A DNA stretch of 63,029 bases, filler included, from Stramenopiles sp. TOSAG23-2 (Eukaryota), in NCBI GenBank assembly GCA_900128395.1. It is 7 parts of 7 records of this genome, joined end to end, with 100 filler letters (N's around TTAATTAATTAA, not from the genome) between each part and the next. Parts side by side here need not be neighbours in the genome. Positions count along the whole stretch, not along the records: positions 1 to 27,376 come from LT649419.1; 6 more parts are not named here. One strand, 5' to 3'. Position numbers and translations under genes: made by a program. How positions within the stretch are numbered: position 1 is the stretch's first letter; each line of letters starts with the position of its first letter. The notes below the pieces were generated by a model. The model was not told the DNA's origin, made no database searches, and saw only the letters and a program-made list of their open reading frames with translations. Below, in pieces: positions 1 through 13,402 of this stretch.

Positions 1-3000
1 TCAGCGGAAGAGAATGGCTTGAAGCATTTGCGGAACATGGCGCTTTAGATGGTTTAATAGTATGTTTACGTGAGTTATCAAAAGGAAATGAAGTAGCTGA
101 TAGAAACAATTTGAACGTACGGATATTAGGATCAAAAATATTATCTAAAATTATGAACAATCAAATCGGTATGGATGCATTAGTCGATGCAAATGGTGGA
201 ATAGACATGATTGTGACGCAAATTCACCCAACAGTTGATTTGCATAATCATGGAATGATAGATTTAGCAGATCAGTTAACAGAAAGTGCTTTGGAGAAAT
301 TAAGTGTATTGTGTTGGTATTTAGGTGAAACGGATAAAGTAATGAAAGCATTTGATGATTATAGACGAGAACGGTATGAACAAGTACGTTTTCAAACTAT
401 TGTTGAACGTTTATACCGAACAGAACGTTCAAGTTTGCGTTTAAGCATTATGATGTTTATCAATAGTTTAATCAATAGTACATGCGAGTTGGAAGATAGA
501 GTCATGGTACGATCATATTTCATACAATTACGAATCGATGAAGTGATGATTCGCGTCGGCTCAGATTTAGAGGAAATAGCCGTATCCGCAGCTGAACCTG
601 ATGGCGATACCAGCGAAGCAGATAAGCGACTTGATGAATTAAATGACTTTTGTAAGCAAATGGATGTATTTGAGGTGATAGCTAAACAAGATTTAGAGGA
701 AACATTGCATGAAAATATTGATACTAGCTCGTTATCCTCCATGGCACAAGCAGTATCGCAAAATGCATTTGAGTTAGGCTTAGCAGATGAATTATTGCCA
801 GTTTTCCACACGCTTTACATGATACCACCTCAAGAAGCTAAAGGTAAAGCTACGTTGACGGAAATTGCAAATGCAATATCGGAAATCATTAACTCTGTGA
901 GTGATGGGTTGTTAAGTGATTTGATAAGAAAGAAGAAGAAAAGTAAAAAATCGAAATGGTCATTTAATTACAAAAGTTATACGAAAACATTGACAAAATA
1001 TGAAAAAATGGCCGTACCTAATAAGAAATTAATATCTGAGAAAAATCGTTTAAAAGAAATGGAGGAAGATTTAAAAGATGCATTGGCACGGGAAGATGGT
1101 ATGAAAACAAGGATTGAAAACATGTTTAAGAAAGTGAAGGAAACCAATGATGCAAGTGATACTGTACGGAAAGAATTGAAAGCTGCGAAGAAGGAAATTG
1201 AAGAGTTGAAGAAACAAGTGAAAGCAGGTGGATCTGCTGAAATCAATCGATTGAAAGCGGAAATTGCAAGATTAAAAGCTGGTGGCGCTACGGCTGGTCC
1301 AGGTTTACCAGGATTACCAGGAGCACGTGGCCCTGGATTGCCACCACCATTACCAGGTGCTGGTGGCAAATCATTGCCACCTCCATTACCAGGGATGCCA
1401 AGGCCAGGCGTACCACGCCCACGCGGCGGGGCAAGAATGCCACCACCATTACCAGGTGGTGGACCAATGCGCGGCCCTCCACCATTGCCAGGTGCAGGTG
1501 GAGTTCGAGGTCCGCCGCCATTGCCAGGTGCACGTGGTGCTGTTCGGGGACCTCCTCCATTGCCTGGAATGGGTGGAGTACGAGGTCCGCCGCCATTGCC
1601 AGGAATGCCTGGAATGCGAGGACCACCGCCAATGCCTGGTATGCCTGGTCGTGGTGGTCCAAGGGGAATGCCACCAATGCCTGGCATGCCAGCGCAAAAT
1701 GCATTGCCACCAAAACCAAAGATTAAACCAAATGAAAAGATGAAAAGTTTATTTTGGGGTAAAATTAAGACGAAATCAGTTCCTAATTCTGTATGGGAAA
1801 ATATTGACGAGACGAAGATTACATTAGATACGTTGAAAATTGAAGAGTTGTTTTCCAAAGCAAGTTTCAAAGACAAGAAGACGGCAAACGTCGGCAATCG
1901 TAAACAACGGAGTAAATCTAAAGGCCCAATTACATTTGTTGATCCAAAGAGACAACAAAACGTTGGCATTGGTTTGAGTAGATTTGCCCAACAAGGCTTA
2001 TCATCTCGAAATTTAAAGCGTGCCTTGGAACAAGTAGATGATAACACATTGACATTAGATGCTTTATCATCATTGGAGAAATTATTACCAACACCATCCG
2101 AGTTGGAAATGGTACAAGGATTTGATGGTGATAAAAATCGTTTAGCAACTGTTGAAAAATTCTATGTTGAATTATTGGAAGTGAAAAATGTAGTCAATCG
2201 CGTGAAAGCTATGAAAGCAAAGGCATCTTTTGATGATTCGTTAAAGGAAGTAAAATTTGCTGCGAAATCATTGTACAAAGCGTCATTAGAAATTCAAAAT
2301 TCAAAAGCATTGAGGGATTTTTTAACCTGCGCATTGGCACTTGGTAATTATTTAAATGGTAGTACAAATCGTGGACAAGCATATGGCTTCAACGTAGATA
2401 CACTTGCTAAATTCAGTGCATTGAAAACAAAAGACAATAAATCCAATTCCTTGCGTTATTTAATACAGTATATGAGTCAACCAGATCAAGGTGATGGTTT
2501 CACCTCACCGAAAGAGATACCTCAAGAGTTGAAAAACATTGAAGCGGCAACGAAATCGAGTATCAGCGAAGTGAAAGCAGGATTAAATAAATTAAAAGCA
2601 TCAACCCGCTTGATGAAAAATTGTGCAGATCAAGCTGATCCGACAGATGCCATCCAAGATGTAATGGGTCAATTTTTAGATTCATATGCAAATGATGAAT
2701 TGAAGCGATTAGAGGAGCAAGTGAAAGAAATGGAAAGTGAAACGAAAGCTGTAATATCCTTTTTAGGGGAAGATCCAACCAAAGCAAAGTTTGAAGAATT
2801 GCTTATGAAATTATCTAAATTCATAGAGTTATTGAAAGGTGCAGATAGAGACAATGAGCGCGAGTTGGAAATTGCTGCAAAACGCAGTGAACGAGCAAAT
2901 AGAATGGGTGCTAAAAAAGTTAATAAAGCAGGTGGTGGTAAAGGCGATGGATTGTTCGCTGCATTTTCAAAGGATCAACAAGGTGATGCGAAAGAAATTG

Positions 3001-3185
3001 TACAACGTATACGCAACAAACAGCGTCTAGTGAGACAATCTGTGAAAATTACCAAAGCGCCACCAAAACCTCGAAATAATAGTGGCGATATGCAACAAAG
3101 AGTATCAAATCCAAGAATGTTATCTTTGCTACAAGGTAATGCGATAGAAGAAGGGGATGAAGACGAAGACGATGAATATGAATAA
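1..3185 (+). CDS. Diaphanous-related formin (GBD/FH3-FH1-FH2), 5'-truncated by window edge
   Basis: Frame is open from position 3 (SGREWLEAFAEHGALDGL, GBD-like). Poly-proline GPPPLPG FH1 repeats at ~1300-1700. FH2 motifs MKSLFWGKI, DPKRQQNVGIGL, LALGNYLNG, GQAYGF. Confidence 0.95.
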   Translation, partial: SGREWLEAFAEHGALDGLIVCLRELSKGNEVADRNNLNVRILGSKILSKIMNNQIGMDALVDANGGIDMIVTQIHPTVDLHNHGMIDLADQLTESALEKLSVLCWYLGETDKVMKAFDDYRRERYEQVRFQTIVERLYRTERSSLRLSIMMFINSLINSTCELEDRVMVRSYFIQLRIDEVMIRVGSDLEEIAVSAAEPDGDTSEADKRLDELNDFCKQMDVFEVIAKQDLEETLHENIDTSSLSSMAQAVSQNAFELGLADELLPVFHTLYMIPPQEAKGKATLTEIANAISEIINSVSDGLLSDLIRKKKKSKKSKWSFNYKSYTKTLTKYEKMAVPNKKLISEKNRLKEMEEDLKDALAREDGMKTRIENMFKKVKETNDASDTVRKELKAAKKEIEELKKQVKAGGSAEINRLKAEIARLKAGGATAGPGLPGLPGARGPGLPPPLPGAGGKSLPPPLPGMPRPGVPRPRGGARMPPPLPGGGPMRGPPPLPGAGGVRGPPPLPGARGAVRGPPPLPGMGGVRGPPPLPGMPGMRGPPPMPGMPGRGGPRGMPPMPGMPAQNALPPKPKIKPNEKMKSLFWGKIKTKSVPNSVWENIDETKITLDTLKIEELFSKASFKDKKTANVGNRKQRSKSKGPITFVDPKRQQNVGIGLSRFAQQGLSSRNLKRALEQVDDNTLTLDALSSLEKLLPTPSELEMVQGFDGDKNRLATVEKFYVELLEVKNVVNRVKAMKAKASFDDSLKEVKFAAKSLYKASLEIQNSKALRDFLTCALALGNYLNGSTNRGQAYGFNVDTLAKFSALKTKDNKSNSLRYLIQYMSQPDQGDGFTSPKEIPQELKNIEAATKSSISEVKAGLNKLKASTRLMKNCADQADPTDAIQDVMGQFLDSYANDELKRLEEQVKEMESETKAVISFLGEDPTKAKFEELLMKLSKFIELLKGADRDNERELEIAAKRSERANRMGAKKVNKAGGGKGDGLFAAFSKDQQGDAKEIVQRIRNKQRLVRQSVKITKAPPKPRNNSGDMQQRVSNPRMLSLLQGNAIEEGDEDEDDEYE

Positions 3186-3481
3186 AAAAACTAGCCCTTT
3201 TGTGATTTGGTAACTTTGTGATGTGTAATAACGTAATAACTTATATTTTATTAAAGTATACTAACAAGTATATACAACCCTAGCTATATATGTGTAACGC
3301 TTATTTTATTATTATTCCACATTACTACTACTTCTTATATACTAACTACTTGTATCTTTTTTTTGCAACAGATCAATGAATGTTCTATATACTTTCTTCT
3401 CAAGGAAAAAATGTAATGGCGTTGATAGAAAACAAAAAGTTCCACAAAATCCAATTAAGCACCTTTTTAATATATAAAAAT

Positions 3482-4033
3482 ATGAGAAAACAATCAAGAA
3501 AGCGCTTGGATAATTTATTTCTTGCCCATATGATATCGGCAGTAGGGGTTGGATTAATATGTTTACTTGCACCACGACTTTTTCTTTGGTTTTTACATGA
3601 AGAAATGGCAATAAATTTACCTGGCTATGAAGTGGCTGAAACTATAATTCGTTTATACGGGTCGTTGATATTCGCCCAAGCTATGTTGGTTAAAAATACG
3701 CGTGAAAGTTCAGATCCAAAGTTAAGAAAATCGTTTGTTCAAGCATATGCAGTGGCTTTTGGCTTGACTTCGATATCGTTAGGGTATGCACAGGCGATAG
3801 GTCATTTTAGTAAATATAATTGGATTAACATTCTCTTCTTTATGTCTCTATGTCTTTGTTACTCGTATTTGTAAGTAAATAATCTTCTCTATATGGAATC
3901 TCAATTTCTAAATCAAATATCTACGTAGTAATATTCTCTCTAACTGCTCTTTTTTATTTATCATTACACTGTACACAGTGTTTTCTTTGAAAAATTTTCC
4001 ACATTTGGACTTGATAATCTTGATAAGGAATAA
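3482..4033 (+). CDS. Small 4-TM membrane protein, TP53I11/PIG11-like; one intron 3871-3978
   Basis: Hydrophobic helices and an IRLYG motif. GTAAGT donor at 3871, CTAAC branch, ACACAG acceptor ending 3978. Splicing restores the frame (...CYSYFVFFEKFSTFGLDNLDKE*). Start could be 3380 or 3482; the family call is from motif resemblance only. Confidence 0.6.
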
Positions 4034-4306
4034 GAAAAAAAATTACGAAGAATAAATATATTTATATATATATCATAATATATATATATTAACACTGCAA
4101 CCTCTGATTTTCTTCGTGTATTAATATATGCGTACTGAGATATGATTTTAAAATTAAAATAAATACATGATGCAAAAAATATTTTTATACTTTTTCGAGA
4201 ACAATATTTTATGTTTACATGATGTACACGTAATGATAATCCCAGAACGTCAAAATTCGTAAAATAAAGATAGTTTTAAATACGAATTATAATGTATAAT
4301 ATCATA

Positions 4307-4939
4307 TTACTTTTCCTCGCAAATATGTATAATTCTTGTTTGATTATGATATGTATCGAAATCAAAATTATATTTTTCCTTTTCATGTTCTTCTTTATTT
4401 CGATTCGTATCTTTTACATTATTACATTTATTTTCATCATCATTATCATATTCAATATGTAAATTAATATATGGTTTTGGCACTTCAATTCCAGCATGAA
4501 ATAATCGATCAGGCCATTCAACCAATGTTATTGCATTGTTAAATATAATTGGTATCTCTATCGTTTCTAGTACATCTTTTGTTGAATGTTCTAAGCGATA
4601 TAAATCCATATGATTAATAGGAATTTTTAATGTTTTGCACCAATATTCATTAATTAAACAAAAAGTTGGAGACGGTATATGATGATGTTTCTGATTTTCT
4701 TCCATTTGTATACTTTGATTTTCCGACTGATTATTTGCACTTATACATTCATTAATGAAACCTTGGGTAAAAGTTGTCTTGCCAACGCCAGCTTCACCAG
4801 ATAGTAAAAATAGAGCATGCATGTTGTTATTATTATTTATGGATAAATACTTCATTGTATCTTTTGCTAATTCACTGCCAAAATGTTTCATTTCCAACAA
4901 GTTTCCAATCCGTGTTGTTTGTGCTATATGTTTCAACAT
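4307..4939 (-). CDS. tsaE: TsaE/YjeE-family P-loop ATPase (t6A37 biosynthesis type)
   Basis: LSGEAGVGKTTFTQG P-loop, IPSPTF, HMDLYRL and LVEWPDRL are the diagnostic TsaE motifs in the correct order. Confidence 0.9.
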   Translation of the reverse strand: MLKHIAQTTRIGNLLEMKHFGSELAKDTMKYLSINNNNNMHALFLLSGEAGVGKTTFTQGFINECISANNQSENQSIQMEENQKHHHIPSPTFCLINEYWCKTLKIPINHMDLYRLEHSTKDVLETIEIPIIFNNAITLVEWPDRLFHAGIEVPKPYINLHIEYDNDDENKCNNVKDTNRNKEEHEKEKYNFDFDTYHNQTRIIHICEEK

Positions 4940-5518
4940 ATTCCAATGATTTATTTCTATTTCTACAATATCTACAATACCTCATTTATGTTTGATTCAT
5001 ATATTTTAAAGTTTATTATTGGTACTACAGTATTTTTTTGTTGAAAGTGTAAGCTGGTAGAAGTTGTGTTGCTTGTGCGTAAGAAGTGGATTGATTTAAG
5101 GGTAATTTTTCAATTTTTCAATTTAAATATTTATTAAATTTAAATTATTTTTCAATTATACCACGAGGTTAAGGTATTATACAGTAAAATATTATAATAT
5201 ACAGTACCTTAACCTGGTGTGGTAGCTGTATCCTATTTTTTGTCGATAATTCTTATAATTCTTCACATTGCAAATAATTTAACACATAGCATGCGGGTAG
5301 CACTATTTTAATTTATTCAAAGACGACGAGAATTTTTTTTCGTGAGATGATATATAGTGCTATAAGCCTGGTAGAAAGCTTTAAAAGATATATATATATC
5401 CTCCTCCTAAATATCCGAATAATTGAATGTTTAGTACACAATGCAATGTGTAATATAGTAAACACAGAGTGTGTGTGGATAAATCATTTTTGAAAAGATT
5501 GATACATTTTGTACATAG

Positions 5519-8512
<2,994 letters not shown>

Positions 8513-8689
8513 GAGGAGAAAAAAATAAATAAAAAAACTATAATATGTGTTTGATATTATTTTATTTATAAATTTAAATTAATTAAATATATCAATTATA
8601 TTATAATATTTTTACGATATTCATATCATATATATATTATTATTCTGCCTGGTATATCGTTTTTACCATCGTTTCATCTCTCTCTCTCT

Positions 8690-9886
8690 CTACTGAGCAA
8701 CAAGCTTTTTCTCTTCTTCTTCTTCAAGTCTATCAATATGTAATTGTAATATTTTCTTTGATAATTTAGAGTAAATTTTATCCCATAAATGGCTTTCTTC
8801 TATAGTTGATGTTTCAACCCAATGTATGAAGTAAATGATTTTTTTTCTCGCAAACTTGTATTTCTTTCTTGTAGCTTTCTTTGTAATATCATCATCGCAT
8901 TTTTTGCAACATGTTATCGCTAACTGAAATATATTCATTACATCCATTAATACATCTAAGACATAATGTTTATACCTCAAAATTAATTGAACGTCATTTG
9001 TTATATTTATAATATCATTTTTTAAATCTTTTTCATATTGAAATTCCTTGAAATAATTACAATAGAAATTATTTGCTACTTCTTCTACGGTAAAAATAGA
9101 TTTAATAAATTCCAAAGAATTGCTTAGACGAAGAAATAAAGATGCTGAAGATGTAGAATCGATATTCCATTTGCCATTATATCGTTTTATTACAGCTACA
9201 TATACAAATATTACATCCAAAATGTGATTTTCAAATTGTGAAATATTTTTTGCCTTTCTCAGATTAACTTCGCTATTCGTTACAATTTTATTTGGCTTAC
9301 TTAAATATTTAGTATTACATGTTATACAAAACGATTTGATCGTATCAAATGATTTTGAAGGTTGTATAAAATGACGTTTATTGTGCAACTCTAAAGTTTC
9401 AATCCACCACGGTACCCATTGCTTTATATCCTTTGACAACTTTCCATCAGTTATTTCTGCTATAAATTTATTTTTATCATTTGTATCTAGATCGTTTAAA
9501 TCAACATGTTGACCCAGCTTCATTTTGTTTAATAAGCTTTTCAAGATTTCCTCACGACGTTCTTCACGTTCGATAATAGTTTCACCATGTATAATATCAA
9601 CATTATTATTATTTACATCTTTAAATATTGGTTTCTTCTTTTTATCAACATTATTTTTCATTTCTTCTTCAACCCATTCCTTATAAAATTCTTCTGTACA
9701 GTCTACATCATGTTTTTTGTAGCATTTTAACGAACAATACGGCACATTGCATCGTGGACATTTATATTTAGAAGTAGACTTTGTACATACATGGCAAATA
9801 TTACGTTTTGGATTTAAGTATTGTTGTGGTGCACTAATATCACAATTTTTAATTTTACTTATATTATTTTTAATTATAGAAGACAT
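8690..9886 (-). CDS. ZNHIT2: Zinc finger HIT domain protein, ZNHIT2-like
   Basis: CHVC..KYKCPRCNVPYCSLKCYKKHDVDCTEEFY zf-HIT followed by the WVPWW motif typical of ZNHIT2. Confidence 0.8.
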   Translation of the reverse strand: MSSIIKNNISKIKNCDISAPQQYLNPKRNICHVCTKSTSKYKCPRCNVPYCSLKCYKKHDVDCTEEFYKEWVEEEMKNNVDKKKKPIFKDVNNNNVDIIHGETIIEREERREEILKSLLNKMKLGQHVDLNDLDTNDKNKFIAEITDGKLSKDIKQWVPWWIETLELHNKRHFIQPSKSFDTIKSFCITCNTKYLSKPNKIVTNSEVNLRKAKNISQFENHILDVIFVYVAVIKRYNGKWNIDSTSSASLFLRLSNSLEFIKSIFTVEEVANNFYCNYFKEFQYEKDLKNDIINITNDVQLILRYKHYVLDVLMDVMNIFQLAITCCKKCDDDITKKATRKKYKFARKKIIYFIHWVETSTIEESHLWDKIYSKLSKKILQLHIDRLEEEEEKKLVAQ

Positions 9887-10128
9887 CTATGTAATATTAC
9901 TAATAATAATGTCGTTTTTTTTTAATTACTATGATGATTTATTCTATGTTACAATATTTATCATTTACACCAATGAAATAATTTTCCCTCTATTATTATT
10001 ATTGTTTTATATAGAGTAGTATTGACCACATATGTATATCTATATGTGTCTTTATAGAACTTATACAACTTATTAATACAGTAAACTTGTTGTAAACTTT
10101 TGCTTTTTCGGTTCCATCATCAGCACAT

Positions 10129-10373
10129 CAGGCTTTCCGGCTTTCCAGCTTTCCAGCTTTCCAGGCTTTCCAGCTTTCTGGCTTTCCAGGCTTTCCAGCT
10201 TTCCAGCTTTCCAGGCTTCCCTGGCAAGGCTGGCTTCCCACAGCTTTCCAGCTTTCCACTTTCCAGGCGGCTTTTTTCCTGGCTTTCTGGCTTTCTGGCT
10301 TTCCAGGCTTTCCAGGCTTTCCAGCGCTTTCCCTGGCTTTCCATTTGCCTGGTTTAGGTTTGCCGGTTTGCCA
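10129..10373. repeat. Degenerate tandem array of 8-9-nt units (G/GG)CTTTCCA in a divergent intergenic region
   Basis: Directly visible: ggctttccagctttccagctttccaggctttccagctttctggctttccagg..., decaying to tttgcc at the right end. Confidence 0.9.
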
Positions 10374-10655
10374 TGCCACAGCATGCCCATATGCCCTGTG
10401 CCATTTGAAAGAGCTGAAATTTATACTTATTAGTATATAATACACTAAAAACGACGAGGATCTAAAATTCGTTAGTTGTTATTTGTAATAAATATATCTA
10501 TTGTATATTTATACACACATTTGATATATCTAGAAGTGTATAATACAAGGATACTGGAAAGAAAGAAAACATACAGAAATATAGTAATATTGCTTTGAAC
10601 ATACGCATATATATATATATATCTTGAAAAAAGGTCTTATTCAGTTATCATCATT

Positions 10656-11957
10656 ATGGCGAAAGGATATGAAAATATCGATGAGGAGAAAAAAAATAAA
10701 ACAGGTAATGATGGAACCAATAATAATAATAATAATAATACAATAATGGTTTATAATTTTTTCCATAAGATCTTAATTGTATTGTCTAAATGTTGCAATG
10801 ATCCAAGAAAATATTATGAGGAGCAAAGCAGTACTGGAAAAAGGCTCATTGCATTTCTACTAGGATTTATTGTAGTACTCTTTTTAACATTATCAACTCT
10901 TGGAATTATTGCACTTTCATATATGTCTATATGTGAAAATTCTGATAGTTATTATTTGACGGATTCACCACAAAGTTTGATCAATTTAACCAATGTTGTA
11001 ATATTTAATCGTACACCTTTTGGTACTATAAAAATCAAAAGCGATTCTTCAAACGATAAATTACAAGTTTCGGTAAAAAACTATGGCCTAAATGGAGGCA
11101 ACCGCGAGCAAATGACGACCATGAAAAGAGAATCGCAAAATTTATTTCATATCCAATCCAAATCTATAAATACTGCCACTGTTTTAGGATACGATTCAAC
11201 ATGTGAAAATGCCGTACAAGTATTTACTGTAGATCCCGGATATGAATTTCTCGGTTCGATTGAATTAAATGCAGATGAATCGTCCGATATTGTTATTGAT
11301 GGCACTAACACATTTAATGCTGGAAGTCAAGGTATATCATTCGATGAATTAAATGTTAATACTATGTACGGCGATGTAAACATGTCTTATGTTGATGCCA
11401 ATTCCATTAAAATATCATCTTCGTTTGATATTTCTCAAACAAGTAACATACCAAGTTATTTATTGAAAAGCAAGGCAAATGGATTGATGTACCTAAAAGA
11501 CGTGACAGTAAAAGATTTATCCATATCTACAGTAACTGGGAATGTCCTTATTGAAAATCTGGTGGTAAAAGATGGTGGTTCAGTTAACATTACAACTACC
11601 TCTGGTACGATTACATTGAAAAATGTCGGCGATGGTGGCGATTCTTATTATATTAGTTCAGAAAGTGGTTATTTAATCGATATAACGCTAAATGGGAGGG
11701 CATTTCAAGGTAGTTACAATGCACAAGCAGCAGAAGGCGTTGTTTTCTTCAGCCCAACAAGCAATATGCATTCAGTTGGTCCATTATGCTCAAAAACGGA
11801 TAGCTGGAGAAAATTAAAGAAATTAAGAGAACGTGTAGGTCCATTACATCACCATTGTAAACAAGGTTCCCTTGGATTTGCATATGGTGAGCAATTGCTA
11901 AATATTTATGCAGGTAAAGGTGATATTAATTTGCTTGCTGAAAATTTAGATTTGTAA
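10656..11957 (+). CDS. Type II membrane protein with DUF4097/adhesin-like beta-strand repeats
   Basis: A single TM (LIAFLLGFIVVLFLTLSTLGIIALSY) followed by repeated units LNVNTMYGDVNM, LSISTVTGNVLI, VNITTTSGTITL, LNIYAGKGDINL. Confidence 0.65.
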   Translation: MAKGYENIDEEKKNKTGNDGTNNNNNNNTIMVYNFFHKILIVLSKCCNDPRKYYEEQSSTGKRLIAFLLGFIVVLFLTLSTLGIIALSYMSICENSDSYYLTDSPQSLINLTNVVIFNRTPFGTIKIKSDSSNDKLQVSVKNYGLNGGNREQMTTMKRESQNLFHIQSKSINTATVLGYDSTCENAVQVFTVDPGYEFLGSIELNADESSDIVIDGTNTFNAGSQGISFDELNVNTMYGDVNMSYVDANSIKISSSFDISQTSNIPSYLLKSKANGLMYLKDVTVKDLSISTVTGNVLIENLVVKDGGSVNITTTSGTITLKNVGDGGDSYYISSESGYLIDITLNGRAFQGSYNAQAAEGVVFFSPTSNMHSVGPLCSKTDSWRKLKKLRERVGPLHHHCKQGSLGFAYGEQLLNIYAGKGDINLLAENLDL

Positions 11958-12169
11958 AAAAAAATTATGTGCGATCTAAAAAATACGTCGTAAAAATATT
12001 TATTTTTTGAGATAATAATAATTTTTACGCAGTAACAAAATATTATATTGAGAGAAGATATTTTTTTATATTAAAATTATATTCGGTAAAAATTATTTTA
12101 CGAAGTCAGTATTATTTTTTCTTTTATTTTAATATGTGTTCGGTGTATTTTTTTATATTTTTTCTCCGC

Positions 12170-13402
12170 TCATGAATTTTTAAATTTATTTTTCATACCT
12201 CTACGACGTGGACTATTTGGGCTTCTAATTCCTTTGCGTGGACTTTTTGGGCGACGACGATTATCATTCTCAAGTTCATTATTATTACTTGCATAACAAT
12301 CTCGTATCGATAAAATTAACCATCCAGTGAAGGCAATTCCAGCAATGATTAAATATATAACGCGTTTATTATTGTAAAAATAATTATTTTGCATTTCAGT
12401 TAATTCTTTTCGCACTTCAACATTTGGTTCTTGCACAAGACTATTTAATGTATTCAATATATTCAATTGCTTTTCATGGTGTATTTTTGTTATTTTATAT
12501 TTATAATTATATTGTTTTTTGCGGGCATATAATCGGTTTCGTTCAGATGCTATAAATCTAGGTCCATTTGATTCAATACCATTCAAAGCCATTATGTAAT
12601 ATTGCAGCCATGCAAATCTTTCTTTTTCATCATGTGTTAATCCATCCAATATCTGCTGAACTCGTTGTATTATTTTATGCCCTTTAATACGCAATTTCAT
12701 GTAATTTTCAACATATTGATCTAATTCTAATATTCGACCTTCTGGTATCCGATGGTGTTGTCGTTGATGTTTCTTTCTACCACTACCCTCTACATCATTA
12801 TCATAATAATAATTGTCATTATTTGTAGCACTATAAATGTTTCCAGAATGATGAAATTCATTTTTTAATAAACATGTAACAAATATATTTAAGATATTGT
12901 TTTCTATATTCTCAGTATCTGATGCAAAAGCGCCCAGCATTAAACGTTTATTTGTCTCATCAGATAAATAATTCATAAACTCAGTTTCATATTCAAGTTG
13001 TCGAAAAATTGTTAAATAAAATGATGCACTTATTTGTAGAGTACTTTTTTCTTTACCACCGTCATAAAACAAGTCACGTAAACCAACTACAGTTAATGCA
13101 TAATTTTCAACCTTTAAAGTTATTAAGTGACTTTCCACTCGGCACTGGACATATTCTTTTAAACAATCGTCTAAAACTGCAGTGATGCTTTCACCGTCTT
13201 CTTTGTTTTTCTGCGTTATCTGCGATGGAAAGAAAAAATCATCAGGAATATATTTTATTGGACCATTATTATTATTATTAAATATGAACTTATTTTTATG
13301 TACATTGTTATTATTATTATTACTATTAATTGAGTTTGAATTTATAATATATATTTGAAAAATGTAATAATACAATAGAATAATTTTTTCTATTCCTTTC
13401 AT
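12170..13402 (-). CDS. Hypothetical type I membrane protein
   Basis: 410-aa ORF with a hydrophobic N-terminus, a C-terminal TM (VIYLIIAGIAFTGWLILSI) and a basic SPR-rich tail. No family recognised. Confidence 0.6.
   Translation of the reverse strand: MKGIEKIILLYYYIFQIYIINSNSINSNNNNNNVHKNKFIFNNNNNGPIKYIPDDFFFPSQITQKNKEDGESITAVLDDCLKEYVQCRVESHLITLKVENYALTVVGLRDLFYDGGKEKSTLQISASFYLTIFRQLEYETEFMNYLSDETNKRLMLGAFASDTENIENNILNIFVTCLLKNEFHHSGNIYSATNNDNYYYDNDVEGSGRKKHQRQHHRIPEGRILELDQYVENYMKLRIKGHKIIQRVQQILDGLTHDEKERFAWLQYYIMALNGIESNGPRFIASERNRLYARKKQYNYKYKITKIHHEKQLNILNTLNSLVQEPNVEVRKELTEMQNNYFYNNKRVIYLIIAGIAFTGWLILSIRDCYASNNNELENDNRRRPKSPRKGIRSPNSPRRRGMKNKFKNS

Noticed and set aside
977-2047. 356-aa antisense Gly/Pro ORF and other ORFs overlapping the formin
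   Set aside because: Shadow frames of the GC-rich FH1 poly-proline repeats.
10073-10445. Four overlapping ORFs with GKPGK/LESWKA repeats
   Set aside because: They are products of the stop-free 8/9-nt microsatellite, and the unit lengths do not preserve frame.
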